64,000 nt of DNA from Leucoraja erinacea. Taxonomy: Eukaryota. Numbering within the stretch: the stretch's first letter is position 1; each line of letters begins with the position of its first letter. The DNA lies in assembly GCF_028641065.1 (NCBI RefSeq), contig NC_073383.1:36642001-36706000 (forward strand), given 5' to 3'. Under the pieces are notes generated by a model. The model made no database searches, was not told the origin of the DNA, and saw only the letters and a program-made list of their open reading frames with translations. This document shows positions 37,966 to 50,640 of the stretch, in pieces. The position numbers and the translations under genes are program-made.

Positions 37966-40149
37966 GCCCATTTTAATCGGCGGGCCACACTAGCTTCAAA
38001 GTCATCCTGTTGAGTCTCATTGTCTGTAACTTGGTTTCACATAGCCCACAGCAAACAATGACCTAATCATTGTTACTATTTTGCATAGCTTTCATTCAGT
38101 TGTTCTATATCTCTCTATATCACCATCTATATCTCTCTTATCCCTTTCCCCTGACTCTCAGTCTGAAGAAGAATCTCAACCTGAAACTATCCTATTCCTT
38201 TTTTCCAGAGATGCTTCTGACCCGATGATTTACTCCAGCTTTTTGTGTCTCTCTCCCACTTTAATCTCCCTGCATTTCCATCAGCTCACCACTGTGCTGC
38301 TAAATGGTGAACTAATGCGCTTCTGGGATGGGGACTAGCATTCAACCTATCAATGAGGATGATTCTTACGTACCCTCTGGTCTGACATTGCTGTTTGCCT
38401 GAAGAGCAATTGAGCATTGAACATGACTGCCTTGGACCGTCCTGGATAATTAACATTATCTTTGATAAAATGGATTTTGTTAAACGTTTTTTGTAAGAAG
38501 TATTGTGTACAGTTTGGTTTTCTCACCTGTGAAAGTTGTAGCAAACCAAAAACGATATCAATGAATTATTTACTAATTAGTTGTTATCAAGCCAAAACAA
38601 ACAATCCTCCTTCAACTGGGAATATGTAACAGCAGAGTGGAAAGGAATACGGGACCTAATGCAAATTTAGCAATGTTATACCATAGCTTTACCTGCATCA
38701 AAAGGAGGAGGTTGCAGCCAAAGGTCAAACAAGGATTAAAGCGGATTGAATCTCCGTTACTTCTTCCAGTTAAAGGAGGTTGTACACAACCAGAAAATGA
38801 AGTGAGGGAGATGGAGACGTGATCTTGCTCAGCTATCACTCTGCCAGTCTGGGAAAGCAAATTGAAGTCAAAGTGTTTGTTAGCTTCTTTGTCAAAAGCA
38901 TCCTGACTTATTTTATATGAATTGAAACTGAAACACTGTTTTCCTCAGTTTAAGAAAAGTGCAGATACCCATGGTCGTCTGATCAGCATTCATACTGAGC
39001 AAAGACAAGGGTTTGTAGCAGAAAACTGAAAGATAATCAATTATATTTCAGTTGTCACTTATGATGAAGGGTCTGAAGCTGAAACATGAGGCAGGCCCTG
39101 CTCTTGGCAGATGTTGTGCATTTCCCAGCATCTTCTGTTTTATCTTCAGACTCCCAGCATTTGGAGTCTTTTAATTTGAAATAAACGGAGCTGTCAGTGT
39201 TACTTGCAGTTCACCATGTTCCCGAGAGTTATTATGCTACTCCTTAAAATCCAATCCAAACAGCACAATATTTGGTTTGCAGACCCTATTATTCATCTGT
39301 GCTGAAATACAAGGAGTATAATGGCTGTGATTGTTCAGAGAAAAGAGAGTAGCAATAAGAATCAGGTAGAGGAGTTTGCCATCTGGCCCTTCGATCCCAG
39401 CTTGCATTCATAATGATTCATCTTTAACCATAACTCCATGAAAATATAGGCTGCTGTTACTAGTTTAGTGTATGGAGACATTCAGCACAAAGCCAAGCCC
39501 TTCAGCAAACCAGGTCCTTGTGAACCATCAAGCACTATTTACTCTAATGCCACTTAATTCTCCCCACATTCAATTCAGGTCCTCCCAGTTTCTACCAAAC
39601 CACCTATAGACTTAGGGCAATTTTCAGCAACCAGTTGACCTACCAGCCCTTGGAATGTGCAAGGAAACTGGAGCAGCCAGAGAACTCGGATCACTGGATG
39701 AGTGAGGCAGCAGCAATAATAATTATGCCACCGTGTTGCCCAAGATTTTATGGTGGACAAGAGTCCTCTTATAGATCACAAAGAACTTGAACATTCCCAT
39801 CAATGGACTCAGAGGCCATATGCGTGTTGCCACAACTCTCAACACAAGATAAAAAAGGACCATTCCCACAGTCCTGTGAATGGATCTGATGCTGCTGATC
39901 TCTTTGACCTGCACCACCAGCAGTCGTTGAGCTTTGTTTCAGTGAGACATGAAGAACAGAGTGGCGCAGCTGGTAGAGCTGCTACCTTACGGTGACAGAG
40001 ACCTTATGTTTGATCCTGACCTCGGAAGTTGCTTATGTGGTGTTTGCATGTTCTCCCTGTGAACTAAAAACTAAACTAAACTAAACTGCTAAACTATTTC
40101 AGGAATGTCAGGATTAGCCTAGTCTGCACATCCTAGGGTTGGCTGCCAG

Positions 40150-40820
40150 TCAAGGTTCATAAAAACATATGAAATTACGAGCAGGATGAGGTCAATTGGC
40201 CCCTAAAGCCTGTCATGGCTACTCTGCCCCTGGCCAGTGTCCATTTTCCAATGTTAATTTCCCATAGCTCTCCATCTCCTGATCTTTCCATACTTTTTCC
40301 ACTTCCTCTTTAAATACCTCCAATGATCTCGCCTTCACTCTTCTTCGAGCTCCTCCTAGTGGTAAAAACATCTCAACATCTACTCTGTCACGCCCTCTTA
40401 TGATCTTACGTGTTACAATACAATCACCGTTCATTATTCTGAACTCTAAAGGGAGTGGATCAGCCTCTCACCCCAGGAGTTAGCTGAATGACTCTCTTCT
40501 GGACAATAGACAATAGACAATAGACAATGGGTGCAGGAGTAGGCCATTCAGCCATTCGAGCCAGTACCGCCATTTAATGTGATCATGGCTGATCATCCCC
40601 AATCAGTACCTCATTCCTGCCTTCTCCCCATATCCCCTGACTGCTATTTTTAAGAGCCTTATCTAGCTCTCTCTTGAAAGCATCCAGCGAACCTGCCTCC
40701 ACCGCCCTCTGAGGCAGAGAATTCCACAGACAACCTCCAAAGCCAATATATCCTTTGTTTAGTAAGGGAGTCAAAACTGCACAGTAGTCTCAGCTTACAT
40801 GATGCACCCTCTAACGTTTC
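40150..40820 (-). mobile_element. Old CR1 fragment with a younger CR1 3' end nested at ~40501-40730
   Basis: (gacaata)n tail at 40501-40528; GCLWNSLPQRAVEA in the minus frame. Confidence 0.75.
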
Positions 40821-42691
40821 CCCATTAAAATCAGAGCTGGAGACTCAACCATTACTTTTCAAAACCCACGCAGTAGTTTATATGATGCCAAAAAAGAAAG
40901 GATAGCTCAAAATATGATCTAACATTAACTTCAAATTGAGAATGTTCTGCCAATGAGAGAAAGAGATACTGAGTTAATTAACAGTGTGACACTGCAGTAC
41001 CGGTTTTCAGCATGCCCTGCCTATCCTTAGGACAATGTCAGATGACAATGATGAAGTTCTGTAATTATTTGAGGTACGCCCCATTTTTAAAAGCTTTTCA
41101 TTTCACCTCCTATACTTCAAGATTCAACTATTCCATTACACTTTATTATCATATTTACCTGGGTCCAGAGAAATTCTTTATTTTTGCATCCAGTACGCAA
41201 AGTACACAGAGTCACCACGTACCTGATGCTGACAAAGTTATAAATGTACTCATTGGAGCCCCAATGATCCCACTTTGCTCTCAACCCCCCCCCCCCTCAC
41301 CGGGTCCCTCCTCATACTCTTGCCTGGAGGTAACAAAGGCATGGAGAGAGTTCCTGCTTCAGATGAACTAGTGCAGGGGGCAAAGACTGGCAATGTCATG
41401 CAGGTGAACTTGGTCACAGAGAGATACAGCACAACAATAGGTCCTTTGCCCACCAACAACCACGCATGTGCACTAATTTTCTCCACATTCTGAAGAACTA
41501 CCCCCAGATTCTACCACTCAACTACAGATTCAAGGCAATTTGAAACAGTCAATCCACATGTCTTTGGGATGTGGGAGGAAACCAGAGCAGCCAGATGAAA
41601 TGAATGCAGTCATGAGGAGAGCATACAAACTCCACACAGAGAGCATCAGCGATCAGGATTGAAGCAGCATCTGTACCACTTCTTAGAGTCGGCGGGATCT
41701 GTGATCTGATGTACAGTTCAACATCAATTGTGCCACCAAGGTTGTAAACAATTTGATAGAATCTTTACATAATGATGTTTTTCATGAATATTCTATCATC
41801 AATATCCAGAACAGAGACAATAAAAGATGATGTTACAAGTATAATATTCCAACTTCGAGCTCCTTCTGGGCATACATATTTCAATTCTGTTTGTTTGCAA
41901 TACGTGACCAATTTAAATTCCGGGGAGTATTTCTGATTTGTGGTCTTGGAAGAGAAAGCTCATTGTACTCAAACAAACTTCAGTGAAAGCAAAGACGTTG
42001 TCAGTTAACTCATCCAAGTCAAGATAACATGATTTATGACAATTAGCCTCAGAGCTTTGTTATTGAGGGAGATATCTTTATATCTCATGGTCATTTTTTG
42101 GGGAAAAAACTGGGACTAGATAGGCAACATAAGCTTACAGGATTCAACACATTACTTGTGCTGTACAATATCCCCCTCCACACCACTGCCGTTGGTTACC
42201 AGTCTTGTCACTCCTCATGGTGAATCTCCTACCCAGGGCACATCGAATTGAATGGCTCTTGAGTATTCATTAAGCAGAATTAATCCCAAGTTTAATAATG
42301 ACTGTTCGACACATTGTTCAAAGATAATGTTTTAAAGTATTTTTAAATGCATATTTGTTACTATCCCTTAAACCTTTCTATTGAATTGTTGTCAGGAAAA
42401 TGTGGAGATTCCAGTTAAAACCCGAGATCTTGACAACCCTAAATAGTGGCCTGACATAGGAAACATTTGTTCATTGCCTTGGTCCCATGGTGGTTTTGAG
42501 GGTCAATACTAGTTTGTCATCACCCCCTTCTCATTCTATGTATCCAACACCCCATCACCCATCCCAGCCAGAAGAGGGATTTAGCTGTGAACTGCTTGCA
42601 TTGGAGTGGAAAGCCCATATTCCAAGCCAGCATAAACGTCTGTGGAGGCACATGTGCCATTTCATTTAAACAAGATTTGGGTGTATTCTTG

Positions 42692-44617
42692 GAGACAATA
42701 GACAATGGACAATAGACAATCGGTGCAGGAGTAGGCCATTCGGCCCTTCGAGCCAGCACCTCCATTCAATGTGATCATGGCTGATCATCCACAATCAGTA
42801 CCCCGTTCCTGCCTTCTCCCCATATCCCCTGACTTTGCTACCTTTAATAGCCCTATCTAGCACTCTCTTCAAAGTATCCAGAGAACCGGCCTCCACCTGA
42901 GGCAGAGAATTCCACACTCACAACTCTCTATGTGAAAAAATGTTTCCTCACCTCCGTTCTAAATGGCTTACCATTTATTCTTAAACTGTGACCCCTGGTT
43001 CTGAACTACCCCAACATCGGGAACATGTTCCCTGCCTCTAGCGTGTCTAAACCCTTAATAGTCTTATATGTTTCAATAAGAACCCCTCTCATCCTTCTAA
43101 ATTCCAGAGTATACAAGTCCAGCCGCTCCATTCTCTCAGCATATGACAGTCCCGCCATCCCGGGACTTAACCTTGTAAACCTACGCTGCACTCCTTCAAT
43201 AGCAAGAATGTTCTTCCTCAAATTAGGGGAGCAAAACTGCACACAATACTCCAGGTGTGCTCTCACTGGGCGCCGGTACAACTGCAGAAGGACCTCTTTG
43301 CTCCTATACTCAACTCCTCTTGTTATGAAGGCCAACATGCCATTCGCTTCCTTCACTGCCTGCTGTACCTGTATGCTTACCTTAATTGGCTGATGAACAA
43401 GGACCCCCAGATCCCGTTGTACTTCCCCTTTTCCCAACTTGACACGATTTAGAAAATAATCTGCCTTCCTGTTTTTGCTACCGAAGTGGATAACGTCACA
43501 TTTCTCCACATTAAACTGCATCTGCCTTGCATCTGCCCACTCACCCAACCAGTCCAAATCACCCTGCATTCTCATAGCATCCTCCTCACAGTTCACACTG
43601 CCACCCAGCTTTGTGTCATCTGCAAATTTGCTAATGTTACTTTGAATCCCTTCATTTAAATCATTGATGTATATTGTAAATAGCTGCGGTCCCAGCACCG
43701 AGCCTTGCAGTACCCCACTAGTCACTGCCTGCCATACTGAAAGGGACCCGTTAATCCCTACACTTTGTTTCCTGTCTGCCAACCAATTTTCTATCCATGT
43801 CAACATTCTACCCCCAATACCATGTGGCCTACATTTGCCCACATATCTCCTATGTGGGACCTTATCAAATACTTTCTTAAAGTTCAGGTACACTACATCC
43901 ATTGGCTCTCCCTTGTCCATTTTCTTAGTTACATCCTCAAAAAATGACATAAGATTAGTCAAGCATGATTTCCCCTTCGTAATTCCATGCTGACTCGGAC
44001 CGATCCTGTTGCTGCTATCCAAATGTGCCGCTATTTCATCTTTTATGAGTTGGATGATCAGCCATGATCATATTGAATGGCGGTGCAGGCTCAAAGGGCT
44101 GAATAGCCTACTCCTGCACCTATTTTCTATGTTTCTATGATTGTCTCCAGCATCTTCCCCACCACCAATGTCAGGCTATCTGGTCTATAATTCCCTGTTT
44201 TCTCCCTTCCGCCTTTCTTTAAAAAATGGGTTAACATTATCTACCCTCCAATCCACAGGAACTGATTCTGAATCTATAGAACATTGGAAAATGATCACCA
44301 ATGCGTCCACGATTTCTAGAGCCACTTCCTGTGATGCAGACCATCAGGCCCTGGGGATTTATCAGCCTTTAGTCCATTCAGTCTACCCAACACCATTTCC
44401 TGCCTAATGTGGATTTCCTTCAGTTCCTCTGTCACCCAGATCCTCTGGCGACTAACATCAGGAAGATTGTTTGTATCCTCCTTAATGAAGACACATCTAA
44501 AGTACCTGTTCAACTCATCTGCCATTTCCTTGTTCCCGATAATAAATTCACCTTTTTCAGTCTTCAAGGGTCCAACTTTGGTCTTAACTAATATTTTCCT
44601 CTTCACATACCTAAAGA
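42692..44617 (-). mobile_element. CR1 LINE, 5'-truncated (~1.9 kb), with a tiny opposite-strand CR1 tail nested at ~44048-44139
   Basis: Long RT ORF, 3' UTR and (tctattg)n tail; the nested piece is flanked by tatga. Confidence 0.95.
43006..44022 (-). pseudogene. CR1 reverse transcriptase domain, 338-aa open segment without endonuclease
   Basis: QHGI..SCLTNL, YLNFKKVFDKVPH, GVLQGSVLGP, KFADDTKL. Confidence 0.9.
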
Positions 44618-45157
44618 GAGTTGTGATCTAACAGAGGTGGTCATGCTGATGAACACTGTGCATAATGCTTATGCTTCCTATCAGATTATTCTATCCTGCC
44701 AAGGGACGGCCACAATGATCAGCAACACGTAAATCCTGCACGTATTTTTAACTGTTTGGAATATTAAAAAGAACAAACAGTTAGTGTCAGTATAGAGTCT
44801 GTGTTTTCAATCATTGTAATTATCTATAATCAGTCTTAAGCTCTTTGAACTGTGTATTTCTTCAGTCATTGACTTATATTTGGTCAGCCCAGTTTCTCCA
44901 AAATACCAACAAAGCTCTGTGGGGTGTATTTTCTTTTCAATTTACACCATCTGAACTTCTCTAGCATAATAACAGCGCACGGCAGGGGAGCTTTTCTGAC
45001 AGCCAAGGCACTCTGATTGCACCCTCCCCAATGATCAGTTGTGTAATTAGTTCCACTTCCGAGATTAAAGCACTTGAGCATTATCGGGAGAATGCTGTAC
45101 AATCAGAGACACTACCTTTTAGTTCATACATGTATCCAATGCCCTATTGGACCTAAG

Positions 45158-45372
45158 ATAGACACAAAATGCTGGAGCAACTCAGCGGGACAGGCAACAT
45201 CCCTGGATAGAAGGAATGCTTGATGTTTCGGGTCGAGACCCTTCTTCAGATCAGTCTCGACCCGAAACGTCACCCATTCCTTCTATCCAGAGATGCTGCT
45301 TGTCCCGCTGAGTTACTCCAGCATTTTGTGTCTATTTTCGGTTTAAACCAGCATCTGCAGTTCCTTCCTACA
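45158..45372. mobile_element. Palindromic Penelope-derived element
   Basis: 82-bp arms 45158-45239 and 45254-45335 around a 14-bp spacer. Confidence 0.85.
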
Positions 45373-45904
45373 ACATTTTTCCCTGTTGGACTTTCTTTGC
45401 ACAGGTCCTCCCTGAGCATGACCGGGTTCTGTTCCTGAAAACTGCTCGTAACAGTTTGTAAGTTGTAAGTGCAGTTGAAATCTGAGTTTCTACATGGCAG
45501 ATGTTGCCTGTAGCCCAGCAGTCATTGGCAAATCCATCCTGCTGGTCTCTCAAAAGCTCACTTTGTATGTATGGGCTGTACATAAGTCGAGCGTTTGTAA
45601 CAATTGTATAAGAAATTGTATAAAATCAACCAAGGGAATGGTTCCCGGAGGTTCTCCAGTGTCCTGCCAATATTTACTAAGCCCTACATCAGATTACCTA
45701 CTTATTAACACAGTCTACCATGTTGTCATGTACATTTCAAATGTACCCTACCGGATGCAATGCATGCTGCATGACCAGAGAGAGTGGATGCTGTTGGAGT
45801 AAAGATCTTTATATGCACTGGACATTCTTCGTTCAAACAATGTTTGGTGCAAGTGCTTCTTCCTATCTCAATACAGCATTTTGGGGGTCCATTGCATAGT
45901 TTAG

Positions 45905-46337
45905 AAATTCAGCGTGGAACCAGGCCCTTCTGCCAACCAGCGATCCATGCACACTAACACTATCCCACACACAAGGGACAATTTACAATTATACCAAGGC
46001 CAATTAACCTACAAGCCTGTGTGCCTTTTAAGTGTAGGAGCTCTAGGGGCTAGCGGAATCAAGGGATATGGAGAGAAGGTAGGCACGGGTTATTGATTGT
46101 GAATGATCAGCCATGATCACAATGAATGGCGGTGCAGGCTCATAGGGCCAAATGGCTTCCTCCTGCCCCTATTTTCTTTGTTTCTATCTATGTTTCTATG
46201 AAACCGGAGATCTAGAGAAAACCCATGCAGGTCACAGGGAGAACGTACAAACGTACAGACAGTACCTGTAGTCAGAATCAAACCCAGGTCTCTGGCGCTG
46301 TAAGGCAGCAACACTACCGATGTGCCACTATGCTGTC
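45905..46337 (-). mobile_element. HE1-like SINE interrupted by a plus-strand CR1 tail (~46038-46200)
   Basis: SINE tail at 45905-46035, head at 46200-46337; the CR1 tail ends tttctatg. Confidence 0.75.
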
Positions 46338-47313
46338 CTAAGTCCATGGTGATGAGGACTTTCTGGCCTTTCAGGTGTATTGTGCTAATAATGAGGAGGT
46401 GCAGACAAGTTATGCAGCCTCAAATCTGGGCATTTCCTTCAGAGAGGACAATGAGAGAATGATAAGCTTGACTACAGCCAAGGCTGTACTCAGCAGGTGA
46501 TGCCGATACAACCCCAGTACTCCCCCCGACTGCAGAAAAATACTTAGATTTTGAACTAGGATGAAGATCAAAATCTCTGGCAGATAGATATTGCTTAGAG
46601 CCTCAATGCATCATTGTTTGTCATTTTTCTTTGATGATTAATTGTCATCCATTGTTATGCAGCTATTATAATTAAGAGACCACCATTGATTGAAATACAT
46701 TGTTGGAAAAATACTGCATCACACTGTCGGCAGAATATTTAATTTCCGTTTGAAGATGGTGTGCTGCAAATACACAGAGCTGTACGTGGTGTCTTAATGG
46801 TTATGACAGGGCTCCTGGGCTCTCCCCTGAACTGAAGGCAAGGCTCAAGGACTTGCTCAAGAGTGAACCATTTTGGCGAATCAATCGGCCTCTGGTCAGT
46901 TCACAGCATCAGCTGTGGTAGTGGCGAGAGGATTGCTCTGTGTTTTAAAAATAATTAATCTAGATGCATTGCATTTTGTTTTTGCTGAAGTGCCAGTGAA
47001 CTAATAAAAAACAGAAGAGAGCTGCGAAAGACTCCCTCTGATTCTGAATCCACAAGCCTAATCTCTGCTTTTGGAAAACTAGTCACTTTCTTTGTATAAA
47101 ATAAAAACGTCATTGAAAAATAAATCATTATTGTCTCCACACTCCCCCTATATGAAACAGCTCACTGAGGCTCATTTCAGTTAAGTGAGGGTGATCTCAC
47201 TCGGTATGTGGCCCCGGTCAATGTTTGTGGATGTGGGGATATATTTGGTTATTTTCGGCTAGTTTCCCAGTCTGCCACAGTGTTCATCCTCACTCAACTC
47301 TCTAAGTAATCTA

Positions 47314-47795
47314 CCACCAGGTGGCGCCAGCAATGGCTGCATCGCCAACAGTCTGTCTGTTCTTTCCTGCTTTGTGTTTTAATTGTATGTGTGTTAAATG
47401 TATGTTTTTTGTGTTCTTTAGCTTGTTTTATGTGGGGGGTGGTGGTCGCAGGAAACATTTTCTAATCACTTACCTCGACAGAGATGCGATTTTTTTCTGT
47501 ATCGTATCTCTGTCAGCACTGCGGCCTAACATCGAGGACTTGGCGGCCTTTGCTGGAGACAGATTTTGAGAACTCCACTGCAGGTGACTACGGGACTTTA
47601 ACATTGCGGGGCACATAATCTCTTTGCCAGGGTTCGACCTTGCAGCTCCAACCATGGGTGCTTGCGGACTTTAACATCACGGAGCCTGCGGTCAGAGTCC
47701 GACTTCGGGAACTCCAAGCCACGGGAGTTTCGACCACCCCAACGTGAGAGTTTCGATCACCCCAACACGGGGTGATCGAATCGAAGTTGGTCAAT
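47314..47795 (+). mobile_element. 5' part of the CpG-rich retroposon family
   Basis: Head ccaccaggtggcgccagcaatggctgc; gcggactttaacatc and gagtttcgatcacccc repeats as in 22850-23556. Confidence 0.65.
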
Positions 47796-50014
47796 CCCTT
47801 TCATTTCCTCCCTAGCACCCTCATTTCCTTATATTTAGTTGGCTAGAATTAGTCAAAATGATCTAACCTGCCATTTTTATGTGTAACATAAAAACTACGC
47901 ATATTTCTAATCCCATTGTCACACATGCTTCACTGGTTTTTCAACATGCACGTTTAAGGAATTACAGTATACATGTCCACCTCGTTCCCCAACAGTGCTT
48001 TTTTTTAATTCACATTGTCTCTGCTACTCTATCTTGTAAAGTGTGTCACAATACTTTTTTGAATTAATTTTATTTACCCACCTGTTTACCCGTTCAGCCA
48101 GCTTATCCATGACATCTTGCAACCCATTACCAAACTCCTCACTGCATTCTGCACTTTGTGTAAACAGCAAAGTACAAACTCTTAGCCTGCACAACCCATA
48201 CCTGAATGATTAATATAGAGTCACACAGCACAGAAACAAGCTCTTCGGCCCAATTTGCCCATGCCAACCAAGATGCCCCACCTACACGTGTCCCATCTGC
48301 CTGCATTGGCCCACATCCCCTAAACCATTCCTACCTATGTACTTGTCCAAATGTCTTTTAAACAACAAATATGTACGATTATTGCTCAGTTTCTGAGTGA
48401 GAGATGAACAGGACAAAGGGAATATCCAATAGGGTGGAGGCTGGAGTGCCATGTTGATAAACTCTTTTGTTTGATGAATTAACAAGGGGCGAAAGCTGTG
48501 AAATGCAGGCCAGAGTTGTGGGGAATACCCTGCATTCCAAGCACTGTCAGATAGAGAGAAAAGAGAAAATATTACATATAGAATCAATTAAACTCATATC
48601 GAGCATGACCAATAGTTTGTACATATCAATTATTCAGATCAGATCAATAATTGGATGAAAATGAATTGAATTCCTCATAATTTGTCTCCTCCCAATTAAC
48701 AGTAGATAATTCATTACTTACTATTTGTTATCAGGCTTCTAATGATTTTTGTAAAAGTGAAATCTATTACTGAATGTATTCCTCTGTACTTTTCCATTTG
48801 TAAAACTGCTTGTCACTGAATTGGAACAAATATGTGAGTGTGATATTTTGATCTGTAAAGCATGATTTGAGTGATAATTTGATCTTTTCTTGTCACTGGT
48901 CAAATTCAGACATAAAATTAACAGTTTTATCAAATTTAATTTCAAACCAAGTTGAAACCTGGATTGCTAATGCTTTACCATAGCCATTAAGCTACCAATT
49001 CAATTTATTAGGCCCAGGCAACCCTTAAAAATAAGCACAGTATTGAGATAATCTCAACTGGGAGTACAGAATCAAACCTGCAAGATTCTGGTGCAAAGCT
49101 GAATTGCTCCTTCATTTCACATTTCTATGAAAAATATTTTGTGTTTGATTTATGCCCTTTGTTTTGTTTGATCATTTCCAAAGCTGCCATGTATACTGAC
49201 CTCAGAGATCTATAGGATTTATTTTAAATTGCGATTAATTCAATTTCTCTTTGATGGGCTGACTTTATGCTTGGTTCAGTAAAGCTGCCATATGGTGTTA
49301 ATACATATCACACAGTGTTAATGTCCTATTACACTCAATATCCTGGTCCTGTTCTTTCTCTTGACCATAATCACATTGAAGAAATCACAGATAGGCCCCC
49401 AAAGAATGAATTGAATTCAGTTAGTTCACTCGTACACTGCAATCAGTTTTTTGATTAATTAAAAAACTAGTTACATGCCAGTCAAATGGAAGAAAGCAAA
49501 AACTGATCAAATATTCCAAGATGCATGTGTTATGTTCAAAAACATCTTTTAAAGAAAATAGCAAGTGGGCAATCTGTCATTTTTTACGGATGAAAATTTG
49601 TAAAACAATGTAACATTCTGATTTATCAGCTGCATATATAAGGCTGTGATAGACCATGGATGCACCCAGTCGCAAACTAAGAATACAAAAATTATATTAA
49701 CTGAAACAAGGGGAGAATAGTCCAACGAATCAAACCATATCTCCCACAAGGGAGTTGGTTGTGATTGTCGGATGTCTACAGTCATCCAAGTCCTGGGAAG
49801 TCGCTGTAGGAGATACTCAGAGAAGTGTCCTGCACTGAGTCATCTTCAGCTGCTTCTTCAATAACCTTCCTTAAGGTAGGGGGCGGATACATTCACTAAT
49901 GAATGCACAATATTTAGATCTCCACTGCAGTCACTCTGTTCATGACCACCTGTTCCTAGGTTTAAGTTTAGGTTTATTATTGTCATTTGCACTGAGGCTT
50001 AAGATTCTGTCAGT

Positions 50015-50311
50015 GGACACAGCCTCTACCAGCTACTGGAGAAGATTGGATTCCACCACCTCTTCTAAAACTTCATTCAGTCCTTCCATGCAGTGTGCAG
50101 TGCAATGTGAAGAGGCTACATCGGACAGTTTCCTCATGAGAAATGGAGTGAAGCAAGGCTGCGTCCTCGCTCCCACTCTGTTCGGCATCTTCCTATCTGG
50201 CCTTCTTTACTTTGCCTTCTCGACAGGTACGGAAGGAGTGTATCTTCACACCAGAAGAGATGGGAACTCTTCAATCTAGCAAAGCCAAAATGAAGGTAAG
50301 AACTGTGCTAG
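50015..50311 (+). mobile_element. RTE-clade (BovB-like) RT fragment
   Basis: SDSFLMRNGVKQGCVLAPTLFGIF..GVYLHTRRDG. Confidence 0.85.
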
Positions 50312-50314
50312 TAA

Positions 50315-50640
50315 TGGGCCTGTCCCACTTAGGCGACTTTTTAGGTGACTGCAGGAGACTATGCGGTTGCGACATGGTTGCCACATGTTTGAGGGTGGTT
50401 GCCAGGTAGTCGCCTTCATGGTCGTGAGGAGTTCCCGCATTCTGGGAACTAGTCGCGGCCTCATTATGGTCGCCGCAAATTTTTCAACATGTTGAAAAAT
50501 TAACGGCGACAAGAATGAAGCTGCCATGGAGAGTAATGAGAATTCTCGTGCCATAGGTGCAGTGGTAGTGGGTTGCCAGGAGATCTAAGGTTCTCGTAGG
50601 TTCTCGTAGGTTGTAGTTGGTGCTGACTGGTGAATTTCAT
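50315..50640. mobile_element. Harbinger-type MITE, one end only
   Basis: TAA followed by tgggcctgtcccactt, the same TIR core as 32790. Confidence 0.75.

Noticed and set aside
43006-44022. 338-aa RT ORF as a functional or domesticated gene
   Set aside because: 5'-truncated CR1 lacking the endonuclease, with substitutions in conserved motifs (YLNFKKVFD, GVLQG) and a premature stop.
4548-46337. tRNA genes suggested by A/B boxes
   Set aside because: All are SINE heads followed by the V-core; no complete cloverleaf.
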